A stretch of DNA of 32,000 bases from Acaryochloris marina S15 (GCF_018336915.1 NZ_CP064923.1:3240001-3272000); one strand, 5' to 3'. Positions 9,167 to 18,217 are shown, counted from the first letter of the stretch. Made by a program: numbers and translations. The notes: generated by a model from the letters alone, not told the origin.

Positions 9167-10291
9167 ATGGCCCGCGACTACTACGACATTCTAGGTGTTT
9201 CCCGCAGCGCCGACCCCGATGAGCTCAAACGTTCCTATCGACGTTTAGCTCGTAAGTATCATCCTGATGTCAATAAAGAATCAGGGGCCGAAGAGACTTT
9301 TAAGGAAATCAACAAAGCCTACGAAACTTTATCCGATCCACAAATGCGGGGACGGTATGACCAGTTTGGCGAAGCAGGTGTTAGCTCTGCAGCTGGGGCA
9401 GGCTATCAAGACTTTGGCGACTTCGGTGGATTTGCAGATATCTTTGAAACCTTTTTTAATGGTTTTGGAGGGAGTCCACAATCAGGCAGACGTCGCTCAG
9501 GTCCAGCACGTGGTGAGGATCTGAGGTTTGATCTCAAACTGAAGTTTAGAGAAGCAGTATTTGGAGGAGAACAGCAAATTCGCATTTCTCATCTAGAAAG
9601 CTGTAAAACTTGCGAAGGTAGTGGTGCAAAACCTGGTACTCGCCCTCAAACCTGCGGCACTTGCCAGGGGGCAGGTCAGGTTCGACGCATGACCCGCACG
9701 CCTCTAGGAAACTTTACCCAAGTGTCTGTTTGTCCAGCTTGTAATGGCCAAGGACAAACTGTTTCGGAGAAATGTGATAGTTGCGGTGGACGAGGGCAAA
9801 ATCAAGTCAGTAAGAAATTACAAATCAAAATTCCAGCCGGCGTAGATACGGGAACCCGATTGCGCGTTTCCAATGAGGGAGATGCAGGCCAAAAAGGTGG
9901 CCCACCAGGCGATTTATATGTCTATCTATTTGTCCAAGAAGATTCAGAATTTCGAAGGGATGGCACTAATGTCCTTTCAGAATTCAAGATCAGTTATTTG
10001 CAAGCTATTTTGGGAGCCCAATTGCCCCTAACAACGGTAGATGGGGAAGAAGACATTACCATTCCTGCAGGAACGCAACCCGGCACTGTGTTAACGCTAG
10101 AGAATCATGGTGTCCCCCGTTTAGGTAATCCAGTCAGTCGGGGAGATCATTTAATCACGATTATTATCGATATCCCTAACCGTATCTCCCCAGAAGAACG
10201 TGAGTTGTTGGTTCAGCTCGCTAGTATTCGAGCTGAGCAAACAGGCAAAGGCGGAATCGAAAGTTTCCTAGGGGGCATTTTTGGCCGATGA
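9167..10291 (+). CDS. dnaJ: Hsp40 co-chaperone DnaJ (type I)
   Basis: 374 aa. It has a J domain with HPD (YHPDVNK), a G/F-rich linker and four CxxCxGxG zinc-finger repeats ([32 protein letters not shown]). Confidence 0.96.
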   Translation: MARDYYDILGVSRSADPDELKRSYRRLARKYHPDVNKESGAEETFKEINKAYETLSDPQMRGRYDQFGEAGVSSAAGAGYQDFGDFGGFADIFETFFNGFGGSPQSGRRRSGPARGEDLRFDLKLKFREAVFGGEQQIRISHLESCKTCEGSGAKPGTRPQTCGTCQGAGQVRRMTRTPLGNFTQVSVCPACNGQGQTVSEKCDSCGGRGQNQVSKKLQIKIPAGVDTGTRLRVSNEGDAGQKGGPPGDLYVYLFVQEDSEFRRDGTNVLSEFKISYLQAILGAQLPLTTVDGEEDITIPAGTQPGTVLTLENHGVPRLGNPVSRGDHLITIIIDIPNRISPEERELLVQLASIRAEQTGKGGIESFLGGIFGR

Positions 10292-10548
10292 CGGAACCCT
10301 GTCCGCCGCGTTTACCAACATCAGATGATCAGATCGATTTAAGGGGGACACCTTGCCCCCTCAATTTTGTTCGCACCAAGCTACATCTGCAAAAAATGGC
10401 ACCTGGATCATTGTTAGAAGTCTGGTTAGATCCTGGCGAACCCATTGAGCAAGTACCCGATAGCCTCAAAATGGCTGGTTATGAAATTGAACAATTACAA
10501 GACTGTTCAGGTTTTTACGCTTTGCAAGTCAGATCAGCTGATGTATGA
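10288..10548 (+). CDS. TusA/SirA-like sulfurtransferase-fold small protein
   Basis: 86 aa with a candidate active-site Cys in [15 protein letters not shown] (a CPxP-like motif). Its ATG overlaps the dnaJ stop (ATGA at 10288-10291). Its stop overlaps the rsgA ATG (ATGA at 10545-10548). Confidence 0.7.
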   Translation: MTEPCPPRLPTSDDQIDLRGTPCPLNFVRTKLHLQKMAPGSLLEVWLDPGEPIEQVPDSLKMAGYEIEQLQDCSGFYALQVRSADV

Positions 10549-11618
10549 ATAAGCAGACCGATACTCCGTTAACGGGAACAGTGTTAGCTGTTCAGGCCAA
10601 CTTTTATCAGGTACAGCTGCAAGAAGCACAAAATCATCCCTCTGATCAGTTACTCTGCACTCGCCGCTCTCGCCTCAAAAAGCTAGGCCAACAGGTGATG
10701 GTCGGGGATCAAGTGGTTGTAGAAGAACCGGATTGGCTAGGGCAACGGGGTGCGATCGCAAGTATTCTCCCCCGTCAATCCCAACTTTCTCGTCCGCCCA
10801 TTGCTAATGTCAATCAAATCCTATTGATGTTTGCCTTGACGGAGCCCAAATTAGACCCCCAACAATTGACCCGATTTTTGGTCACAGCGGAGCAGACCCA
10901 CCTGCCCATTGTGCTTTGCTTCAATAAGCGGGATTTAACCTCCTATGCCACGCAAAAAGCTTGGCGCGATCGCATGAAACAGTGGGGGTATGATCCTATT
11001 TTGATTAGTCTCCAAACAGGGGTGGGGTTAAAAGCGCTTGAGCGTCCTCTCAAGCAACGCATCACTGTGGCATCAGGACTATCAGGGGTGGGAAAATCCA
11101 GTCTCATAAATCATTTCATTCCAGAAATCGACTTGCGTGTAGGGCGTGTCTCTGAACGGTGGGGCCAGGGTCGTCACACCACTCGACATGTCGAGCTATT
11201 TGAACTCTCCAAAGGAGGCTTTTTAGCGGATACCCCTGGTTTTAACCAACCCAGCTTAGACAACATTCTGCCAGCCCAGTTAGGACGGTGTTTTCCAGAA
11301 ATCCGGCAACGGCTTTCCCAATCCCAATGCCAGTTTAAGGATTGCCAGCATATTAATGAACCCAACTGTGCCGTTAGAGGAGACTGGGAGCGCTATCCTT
11401 ATTACTTAAATTTGCTGGCAGAGGTGACAGAGGAACATGCCAAGCGACAGATGATGGCAGCTACTGAAGACCGAACGAAACGCAAATCCGGCAAGCGGGG
11501 CAAAGTCCAAAATGAGCCCAAGTTAGAAACGAAGCGCTATCGTCGCCCATCCCGTCGACAGCTCCAACAAGATCTCCAAAATATTGATTTAGATCATCTT
11601 GAACATTCGTCATCTTGA
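10545..11618 (+). CDS. rsgA: Ribosome small-subunit-dependent GTPase A (RsgA/YjeQ)
   Basis: 357 aa. The GTPase motifs are in circularly permuted order: G4 NKRDL, then G1 GLSGVGKSS, then G3 DTPGF. A C-terminal zinc knuckle is present (CQFKDCQHINEPNC). It ends in a Lys/Arg-rich tail of about 60 aa. Confidence 0.92.
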   Translation: MNKQTDTPLTGTVLAVQANFYQVQLQEAQNHPSDQLLCTRRSRLKKLGQQVMVGDQVVVEEPDWLGQRGAIASILPRQSQLSRPPIANVNQILLMFALTEPKLDPQQLTRFLVTAEQTHLPIVLCFNKRDLTSYATQKAWRDRMKQWGYDPILISLQTGVGLKALERPLKQRITVASGLSGVGKSSLINHFIPEIDLRVGRVSERWGQGRHTTRHVELFELSKGGFLADTPGFNQPSLDNILPAQLGRCFPEIRQRLSQSQCQFKDCQHINEPNCAVRGDWERYPYYLNLLAEVTEEHAKRQMMAATEDRTKRKSGKRGKVQNEPKLETKRYRRPSRRQLQQDLQNIDLDHLEHSSS

Positions 11619-11628
11619 TGGGGAGTTG

Positions 11629-12186
11629 CTACTCACCATAAACTTGGTATAACCTTTGGCGGATCGCTATAAGATTTCGAGGTAGGTCTTTCCCAAGCTG
11701 CAGTTCTATTGCTTTCACCGGAATTAAGCGCGTTGGGCAGACCTGCAAGGTATAGGCTAAGGTTGTGCCTGGCTGATCTTCAGCCACTATCATTTCCCAA
11801 GAGCCTGCAAAGGCATTAAAGTCACCTTCAACCATCTCAAATCGAATGGCATGGGGAAAGTCTTCCACCATATCGAGCACAACCCGGGCCGAGAATTTTA
11901 GAAATAACGCATTTTTAACACCGATTTGTTCAATGCGAATACTTTCTGGATGGGGTAAACGCTCACTTTTAGCCAGGTTGGGAATAAAATCTGCTAGGGC
12001 TTCATAGTCAATGAGGACATCCCAGATCTGCTCAGGTGAAAAGGGCAAAGAAATCTGAGCTTGGATTTGCCGATGTCGTTTTTCTAATTTTTTTGTTTCT
12101 AGAGTGACAGCGGCCAGCTCTTCAGGAGTAATGTCTGGACTCAGCTGTTCATCCGGAGTATCTATGAGGCTTAAATCATTATCCAT
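11629..12186 (-). CDS. SRPBCC-superfamily (cyclase/dehydrase, START-like) protein
   Basis: 185 aa with an ATG start. Its pattern resembles polyketide-cyclase/CoQ10-like lipid-binding folds (IWDVLIDYEALADFIPNL...FEMVEGDFNAFAGSWEM). The family call is by recollection only. Confidence 0.6.
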   Translation of the reverse strand: MDNDLSLIDTPDEQLSPDITPEELAAVTLETKKLEKRHRQIQAQISLPFSPEQIWDVLIDYEALADFIPNLAKSERLPHPESIRIEQIGVKNALFLKFSARVVLDMVEDFPHAIRFEMVEGDFNAFAGSWEMIVAEDQPGTTLAYTLQVCPTRLIPVKAIELQLGKDLPRNLIAIRQRLYQVYGE

Positions 12187-12331
12187 GCTGCATCTGAAAG
12201 CGATAGAAGGTCAGTATTAGCATCCCTAATAGAATTCAAGGACTAGTGATAACACGTTACAATACTTAAAATATACCTTTCTCAAATAAAGTATCTGCAT
12301 TGTTCCGCAATGACTTGAAAAAGATGGTTCG

Positions 12332-13030
12332 ATGCCTCGATTAATTACAGACTTTGATGGTCCAATCGTTGATGTATCTGAACGGTATTATCTGGTTTAT
12401 CAATATTGTCTAACCACTATTGCTAGGCCAGGGCAAACCATAACCCCTCTCACTAAGCCGGAATTCTGGTCTCTCAAACGTTCAAGAATCCCAGAAACCC
12501 AAATTGGCGTCAATTCAGGGCTCGATGATTCACAGGCCCAGGACTTTGCCCAGTTACGCCGAATCACTGTTCATACGATGCCCTATTTTCAGCATGATCT
12601 GATCATTCCCTGTGCCCGAGCTGCGCTGCAAAAACTCCAGTCTACGGGAGTAGAACTTGTGGTGATGACCATGAGACGAACTCGAGAATTAGATTTTGCT
12701 CTGTCGAATTATGGTCTAGACAGGTTCTTCCGGCCTGAGCAGCGGTATTGTCTGGCCAATGACTATATAAAAACCCAAGATATTGAAGATAAAACCCTGC
12801 TGATGCAAAAGGCAATGCAGGAATTACTCCCAGATCAAACTTGGATGTTGGGTGATACGGAAGCGGACATCATTGCAGCCCAGTCCCAAAACCTACCTGC
12901 GATCGCAGTTTTGTCTGGCATTAGAGATCAAACTCAACTTTCTGCCTATAGTCCTAACTACATATTGGACGACATTGCTGCAGCCACGGACTTAATCCTT
13001 GAGCAGATTTTGATATCCAGTCCCTCTTAA
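12332..13030 (+). CDS. HAD-superfamily hydrolase (phosphatase-like)
   Basis: 232 aa. HAD motif I is DFDGPIVD near the N-terminus, and motif IV-like is GDTEADIIAA. The substrate cannot be inferred. Confidence 0.75.
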   Translation: MPRLITDFDGPIVDVSERYYLVYQYCLTTIARPGQTITPLTKPEFWSLKRSRIPETQIGVNSGLDDSQAQDFAQLRRITVHTMPYFQHDLIIPCARAALQKLQSTGVELVVMTMRRTRELDFALSNYGLDRFFRPEQRYCLANDYIKTQDIEDKTLLMQKAMQELLPDQTWMLGDTEADIIAAQSQNLPAIAVLSGIRDQTQLSAYSPNYILDDIAAATDLILEQILISSPS

Positions 13031-13230
13031 GCAATAGCTGCCACAGTACTTAGGCGGTTTCACCCTCGATTCAACTTTAATCAATCAAAGACTTAAGCAA
13101 CTCTTATCAGCTTCATTACAATTGTTGATCCCAAGGCAACGGATCAATAGTATGAATAGAGTGAATTGCTTGCATACACTGCTGCATACACAGTGGCTCA
13201 TTGAAATACATTGATTGAAGGTTATCTAGG

Positions 13231-13950
13231 ATGAAAGTTCAACTCAACAAATTATGGGATTGGAAGGAACAACTACAGCGGTGGTTGATTGTTGGCCTGC
13301 TCACCCTTCTGGTCGGATTACCGCTTTGGTCTCCCCCAGCGTTGGCAACCGTTGTTGAGGATATCCCCAATCTTTCCGTGAGTCAGTCGACGTGGTTAGC
13401 CGATAAAGCAGAACTACTCAGCGTCGTTACCGAGCGTTCGGTCAATAAAACCCTTAAACAAATATCCCGGCAGACCGGGACAGACGTTCGGGTGATTACC
13501 ATTCGAGGTCTGAATTATGGTGAAACAGCAGACAGTTTTGCGAACACCTTATTTGAACAGTGGTTTCCTACAGCAGAAGATCAAGCCAACCAAGTCTTGT
13601 TGGTTTATGATGCTCGCACCAATGCCCCTGCTATTCTAGTGGGCCAAGAAGCTCAGAAAGTGCTTTCCGAAGAAATAGCTCAAAGTATTGCCTTTGATAA
13701 TCTGCTTATTCCGATTCGTAAAGGCAACTATAACGAGGCCTTTATCGGAGCTGGGGATCGATTCTCAGCTGTGATCACCGGACAAGCAGATCCCGGTCCA
13801 CCTGAAGTTGAAGTCACCGCTTTTTCTGAAAGTAATTTCCGCACTGCTGAAGAGACCAATGACACCAACTCAGCAGTATTAGTCGTTGTCCTATTGCTCT
13901 TGGCGACAGCCATTCCAATGCTGACCTATTTCTACTATCAGCGAAGTTAG
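13231..13950 (+). CDS. TPM-domain protein, Psb32/TLP18.3-like (putative lumenal PSII-repair-associated protein)
   Basis: 239 aa. It has an N-terminal hydrophobic signal/anchor (WLIVGLLTLLVGLPLW), a TPM-like core (LADKAELLS...TGTDVRVITIRGL...VLLVYDARTN...GNYNEAF) and a C-terminal TM helix (AVLVVVLLLLATAIPML). Confidence 0.65.
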   Translation: MKVQLNKLWDWKEQLQRWLIVGLLTLLVGLPLWSPPALATVVEDIPNLSVSQSTWLADKAELLSVVTERSVNKTLKQISRQTGTDVRVITIRGLNYGETADSFANTLFEQWFPTAEDQANQVLLVYDARTNAPAILVGQEAQKVLSEEIAQSIAFDNLLIPIRKGNYNEAFIGAGDRFSAVITGQADPGPPEVEVTAFSESNFRTAEETNDTNSAVLVVVLLLLATAIPMLTYFYYQRS

Positions 13951-13985
13951 AAAATCGTCTCATCCTGATTTTCTAGGAATTAGAT

Positions 13986-14023
13986 AAAAAAAGACTGCCT
14001 CTAATAAGAGGCTGTCTTTTTTT
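13986..14023. terminator. Bidirectional rho-independent terminator between convergent genes
   Basis: The sequence is A7 (13986-13992), then stem AGACTGCCTC (13992-14001), then loop TAATAA, then stem GAGGCTGTCT (14008-14017), then T7 (14017-14023). The stem is 10 bp with one T-T mismatch. It sits between the stop at 13950 (+) and the stop at 14045 (-). Confidence 0.75.
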
Positions 14024-14044
14024 ATCTAGAAAGCTCATTCGTGG

Positions 14045-15052
14045 CTATTGCAGAATATCCATCTGTACAGGAGCTACGCCACTACTAGTAACACCGATCA
14101 GTTGAGCAGCACCTTGGGATAAATCAATGATTCGCCCAGGAATAAAAGGTCCACGATCATTGATTCGCACAACCACAGAACGTCCGTTATACAGATTGGT
14201 TACTCTAACTCGGGTCCCAAAGGGCAAGGTTTTATGAGCTGCGGTCAACGCATTCTGATTATAAACTTCACCATTTGCGGTGTAGTTACCATGAAAGCCT
14301 GGTCCATACCAAGAAGCTTCACCACTCACCTGATACCGAACAGGTGCTGCGGCAATTGCAGGCGCAGGAGGCTTAGGACGACCGGGAATATCCTTTAATG
14401 CCACCGTACTGCCCATTTGACGACGCAGCAGATTCGTAATCTTGAGTGCATCATCTCCCATATCTTTGGTGGTTTTGGGAAGGACAGTTAGCTCGCTCAT
14501 TTCCAGGATGTGAGCATCTCCTGTCTTAATCACATAGCTCTCGCGCACTTTATCCCAAATGACCTTAATGTTATTGGCATCAACCCCATCTCGCTCCAAC
14601 TGATTAATCTTGGCTGCAACGGTTGTGGCTCGCCAGACTGGATTTTGCTGATTTGCCTCGGGTTGAGATGTTTCTGATTTGGCTATAGCTACTTTCTCAG
14701 TTTGAGCAGACTTTTCCGTCCCGAGAAATGTAACGACGGGAATGTTGCGCACGTATAAAGTAGCGGCAGAACGACCGGCCTTTTCATAGGCGTGAATTTT
14801 TGCGATCGCAGGCTGGTCACTAACGGCTTCATTAGGTTGGCTGTCTCCAACTTTGACCGCATCAGCATCTTGAGCTTTTTCAGAAGCATCGACCTCATTC
14901 GGAGAGTCTGTTGATGCCTCTTGCTCACGAACTGTCTCTGGAATAGACTTCTCTACTTCTAGGGTTTGGTTGGCCTCACTCGTGCTTAGTGCGCTCACAA
15001 CAGATACCGTGAGTGCAGCCGCTAGGCCAGTTAAAACCAGTTTGTTTCTCAT
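14045..15052 (-). CDS. rlpA: RlpA-family septal lytic transglycosylase-like protein (DPBB domain)
   Basis: The C-terminal double-psi beta-barrel reads [58 protein letters not shown]. The track ORF starts at a TTG (15085). The ATG at 15052 gives a clean signal peptide ([22 protein letters not shown]), so I prefer it. Confidence 0.85.
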   Translation of the reverse strand: MRNKLVLTGLAAALTVSVVSALSTSEANQTLEVEKSIPETVREQEASTDSPNEVDASEKAQDADAVKVGDSQPNEAVSDQPAIAKIHAYEKAGRSAATLYVRNIPVVTFLGTEKSAQTEKVAIAKSETSQPEANQQNPVWRATTVAAKINQLERDGVDANNIKVIWDKVRESYVIKTGDAHILEMSELTVLPKTTKDMGDDALKITNLLRRQMGSTVALKDIPGRPKPPAPAIAAAPVRYQVSGEASWYGPGFHGNYTANGEVYNQNALTAAHKTLPFGTRVRVTNLYNGRSVVVRINDRGPFIPGRIIDLSQGAAQLIGVTSSGVAPVQMDILQ

Positions 15053-15778
15053 GAATGTTCTTGCCTGGAGAGTATAGAAGGACAAGATTGAAAGCAGTCA
15101 CCCATAACACAAAATACGGAGGAGACTCTAGTTACCTTTACAGGATTCAATCTTCCTTTACAGAACTTAATTACCCTATCACGAACGCTAGGTCGCTGAA
15201 ATCAGGGATCTTGCTGAGACAAATACCTAAACTCGTATATTGCGAACATCATCTCATTGGCATTCACTGATGCTTAAAACGCTGAAAGCAAGAAAAATTC
15301 ATATCTTCAGGCGGTCAGGAACTCAAGATAATTGATTAGTAAAAACTATCAGTACTTTTTTGTTGTTTGAATATTCAAATACTTTAGTCAATTAAAGCCA
15401 TCTATTTTAATTGCTATTTTTAGCACAGGAATAATATCAGCAGTTACAAACATCATTAAAACTTCTAGACATATTCTCATCATCCACAAAGCTAGATCCT
15501 GCTATATATATAGCTAGTAGAGCTTTCAATCAGATTTTATAGCGACAGAAACCAGAGCATTCATAGGTGATTTTTATCGATCAGTTTTGGTAAATTTATT
15601 AATAGTAGATGGCCGCAAGAACTAAGAGGTAGATACCATTCCTAGTAGGCTATTTTCACTGGCATTACTTTGACCATTAGCTATAGCTAGTTCGATTTGA
15701 TCCTGACAATGTATTGCTTTGAAGGATCATAATCTGTCATCATGACATGCTGCTCTTAGGAATCGGAAAGGTTTGGGC

Positions 15779-16840
15779 ATGGATTATCGTGAAGCTGGTG
15801 TGAACATACAGGCAGGGCGGACCTTTGTCAGTGATATCAAGCAGATGGTAGCTGACACTGCTCGCCCGGAAGTCCTAGGCAATCTAGGGGGGTTCAATGG
15901 CCTATTTCAATTACCGACTGGCTATCAAGAACCCATTTTGGTCTCAGGGACTGATGGCGTCGGCACTAAGCTGAAATTAGCCCAAGCGCTCAATCAACAT
16001 CACACCGTCGGCATCGATCTAGTCGCCATGTGTGTCAATGATGTGCTGACCTGCGGGGCAGAGCCTTTATTTTTCCTGGATTATCTCGCCACTAGCCAAC
16101 TTCAACCTGAACAGCTCAAGCAAGTTATTGCCGGGATCGCCCAAGGCTGCAAGATGTCTGGATGTGCTCTTTTAGGGGGAGAGACAGCAGAAATGCCTGG
16201 GTTTTATCAGCCCAGTGAATATGACTTAGCAGGCTTTTGTGTTGGAATCGTCGACAAACAGAAACTCCTGAATGGCACCAACATCCACATGGGAGATACT
16301 GTGATCGGTTTAGCTAGTCAGGGTGTTCACAGTAATGGCTTTAGTCTAGTTAGAAAGATCGTTGCGGAAGGCATTAATCCCCATCGTTCAGAACCTGGAT
16401 GGGACTGGCAAGACTGTCCTGAAAGACTAGGAGGAATGAGCCTAGGGGAAACCCTTCTCACTCCGACTCAAATTTACGTCAAGCCCGTTTTGTCTGCTCT
16501 TTGCTCTGGCCTAGACATTCACGCCATGGCCCATATTACTGGGGGCGGATTACCTGAAAATGGACCTCGATGCTTACAGCAGGATCAATCCCTACAGCTC
16601 AGCGTCGGACAATGGCCAATCCCACCTATTTTTGAATGGCTAGCAGCGGCTGGCAAGGTTAGCCAAGCCAATATGTTTGATACCTTCAATATGGGTATCG
16701 GATTTATGTTGGTCGTTGCTCCTGAACAAACCCAGGCAACCTTAAACTGGTTTGGTGAACATCAAATTTCTGCCTACGAGATTGGCTCAGTGGTCTCTGG
16801 AGATCAGTCAGTGCTGGGATTACCACATGCTGAGAGTTAA
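15779..16840 (+). CDS. purM: Phosphoribosylformylglycinamidine cyclo-ligase (AIR synthetase)
   Basis: PurM signatures are present ([41 protein letters not shown]). The track start at 15773 is a TTG. The ATG at 15779 follows GGAAAG at 15765-15770, so I prefer it. Confidence 0.95.
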   Translation: MDYREAGVNIQAGRTFVSDIKQMVADTARPEVLGNLGGFNGLFQLPTGYQEPILVSGTDGVGTKLKLAQALNQHHTVGIDLVAMCVNDVLTCGAEPLFFLDYLATSQLQPEQLKQVIAGIAQGCKMSGCALLGGETAEMPGFYQPSEYDLAGFCVGIVDKQKLLNGTNIHMGDTVIGLASQGVHSNGFSLVRKIVAEGINPHRSEPGWDWQDCPERLGGMSLGETLLTPTQIYVKPVLSALCSGLDIHAMAHITGGGLPENGPRCLQQDQSLQLSVGQWPIPPIFEWLAAAGKVSQANMFDTFNMGIGFMLVVAPEQTQATLNWFGEHQISAYEIGSVVSGDQSVLGLPHAES

Positions 16841-16899
16841 AAATAAGTCGTAATTGAAGTCCAGAGGCACTCAGGTATACCAGAGCCCATGAATGCTCT

Positions 16900-17295
16900 C
16901 TAACAAGACTCCCAATCTGGACAAGAATCCGTTGGAGCACCATAGGGATGCATACCACACACTAGAAATGCTTCTCCATAGGTTTTGCCATGGTAATAGC
17001 GGCAGCCAACGCAAGCAGGCTGCTGATCGAATAAAGGATAAAGCCGTTGCGTTAAAGGCGAGGCCAGTTCTTCCAGCTCATGCTCAAATGCGACAAGCTC
17101 CACAACGATAGGGTCAAGAAGCTCATCTAGTCCCTGTTCAATCTCTTTCACTAAGGGTTCAACATACTCATCTACCCCTTGCTCAATCTGGATAAGAGTT
17201 TGATCAAGCATGTCTACGGAAGCATCAATAAGCTGTTCAGATTGAAGGAAAACTTGCTGTAGAAATGCTTGTACATCCTTCGAAAAATCATTCAT
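16900..17295 (-). CDS. Hypothetical protein: acidic helical N-terminal region plus Cys-rich C-terminal module
   Basis: 131 aa with an ATG start. The C-terminus reads CVGCRYYHGKTYGEAFLVCGMHPYGAPTDSCPDWESC, with five Cys in a metal-binding-like spacing. I do not confidently recognise a named family. Confidence 0.55.
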   Translation of the reverse strand: MNDFSKDVQAFLQQVFLQSEQLIDASVDMLDQTLIQIEQGVDEYVEPLVKEIEQGLDELLDPIVVELVAFEHELEELASPLTQRLYPLFDQQPACVGCRYYHGKTYGEAFLVCGMHPYGAPTDSCPDWESC

Positions 17296-17338
17296 AAATA
17301 GTCCCTCTACTGGAGCTAGACATTACAAGGAACGTTCT

Positions 17339-17698
17339 TTATGAATCTTGAAGACGACGTAGTTCTTCTTCGAGCTCGTTAACTTGCGCTTGAATATCCT
17401 CTGATTCAGATGGAGGAGTTTGTTCAGCTTCATCTCCCGTCACCAGTTCAATCGTTTGAGGCTGATCGGGATAAGGAACCTCTTCGACCGAGACTTGTGT
17501 AGGGGTGTCATTAAATTGATTGAGCCACCGATTCGCCTCATCAGCATTCATCTCACCGCGACGAATCATTTCGTCAGCCAGTTGCTGGGCCCGCTCTTGG
17601 ATTTCAGCGACTTTATTACCCGCCTGTTCACCTGCATAGGAGGCAACGCCAACTCCAAGGTAAAAGGCCTTTTTGACAAAATCAGGAAGGTCGTTCAT
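17339..17698 (-). CDS. Phasin-like small helical protein (hypothetical)
   Basis: 119 aa with an ATG start. The N-terminal segment FYLGVGVASYAGEQAGNKVAEIQERAQQLADEMIRRGEM resembles proteins annotated as phasin family (COG3937-like). The tail is acidic. The call is by recollection only. Confidence 0.5.
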   Translation of the reverse strand: MNDLPDFVKKAFYLGVGVASYAGEQAGNKVAEIQERAQQLADEMIRRGEMNADEANRWLNQFNDTPTQVSVEEVPYPDQPQTIELVTGDEAEQTPPSESEDIQAQVNELEEELRRLQDS

Positions 17699-17813
17699 TG
17701 CCTATTAGAAATCCAATCGTATTGTGGAACAGAGATAAAGGGCCGATCTAAGATCTTGGACGTAATGTGGCGATTTTAGTCTCCCTCAAGACCATTATAT
17801 CCAAATACAAAAG

Positions 17814-17909
17814 TGACCCGGAGTCCACGCCTATCACAAGCATCCCGTATTGCTGCTACCTTCCGGTCCTGACAAGATTGAGGCGTTGTAATCGCATGGG
17901 TCCGAGTCA
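17814..17909 (-). ncRNA. ffs: Signal recognition particle RNA (small bacterial 4.5S type)
   Basis: The minus strand reads UGACUCGGACCCAUGCGAUUACAACGCCUCAAUCUUGUCAGGACCGGAAGGUAGCAGCAAUACGGGAUGCUUGUGAUAGGCGUGGACUCCGGGUCA. The core GUCAGGACCGGAAGGUAGCAGC matches the E. coli 4.5S domain IV GUCAGGUCCGGAAGGAAGCAGC at 20 of 22 positions, with a GGAA tetraloop. One of the two differences is matched by a complementary change that keeps the U-A pair as A-U. The 5' end UGACUCGGA pairs with the 3' end UCCGGGUCA, and ACGCCU pairs with AGGCGU. A U-rich tract follows. The ends are good to about +/-5 nt. Confidence 0.85.
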
Positions 17910-17954
17910 ACATACAGTCTAACATCGTTGCTTCGGATTAACCCAACAAAATGC

Positions 17955-18005
17955 AAAAAAAGGGCATCAACGACTGGCCGTGTTTCGTCTTGATGCCCTT
18001 TTTTT
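17955..18005. terminator. Symmetric (bidirectional) terminator-like hairpin between the tRNA-Pro and SRP RNA genes
   Basis: A7 (17955-17961), then GGGCATCAA (17962-17970), pairing with TTGATGCCC (17990-17998), then T7 (17999-18005). After a 1-nt bulge the stem extends by GAC/GTC. The loop is about 12 nt. Confidence 0.6.
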
Positions 18006-18143
18006 AGTTCGCTCCTCACACAGTGGTGATTATATATAATCTCTTGCCAGTTGTCACCTTTAAACAAACTTTTGACCCGTCTGAATGGAACGCCATCCTA
18101 ATGCTAGGCTAAGGTGTAGGAGTGTTCAATACAAACTCTGTGA

Positions 18144-18217
18144 CGGGATGTAGCGCAGCTTGGTAGCGCACTTCGTTCGGGACGAAGGGGCCGGAGGTTC
18201 AAATCCTCTCATCCCGA
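18144..18217 (+). tRNA. tRNA-Pro (anticodon CGG)
   Basis: I folded the cloverleaf by hand. The acceptor is CGGGATG/CATCCCG, the D arm is GCGC-AGCTTGGTA-GCGC and the anticodon arm is CTTCG-TTCGGGA-CGAAG. That gives anticodon CGG with G37. The T arm is GGAGG-TTCAAAT-CCTCT and the discriminator is A. The C1-G72 pair is typical of bacterial tRNA-Pro. The gene is 74 nt and CCA is not encoded. Confidence 0.95.

Noticed and set aside
9267-9524. ORF 9267..9524 (+)
   Set aside because: It is an alternative frame within dnaJ.
13115-13191. RpaB HLR1 high-light regulatory motif upstream of the Psb32-like gene
   Set aside because: Only one half-site-like ATTACAAT is present. The TGCATACAC repeats have a 12-bp rather than 10-bp period and do not match (G/T)TTACA(T/A)(T/A).
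15055-15270. ORF 15055..15270 (+), 71 aa, in the rlpA-purM spacer
   Set aside because: It overlaps the rlpA start region, has no RBS and has an implausible sequence. I treat the region as non-coding.
17420-18067. ORFs 17420..17779 (+) and 17834..18067 (-)
   Set aside because: The first is antisense to the phasin-like gene. The second spans the SRP RNA gene and the terminator hairpin, which explain the sequence better.
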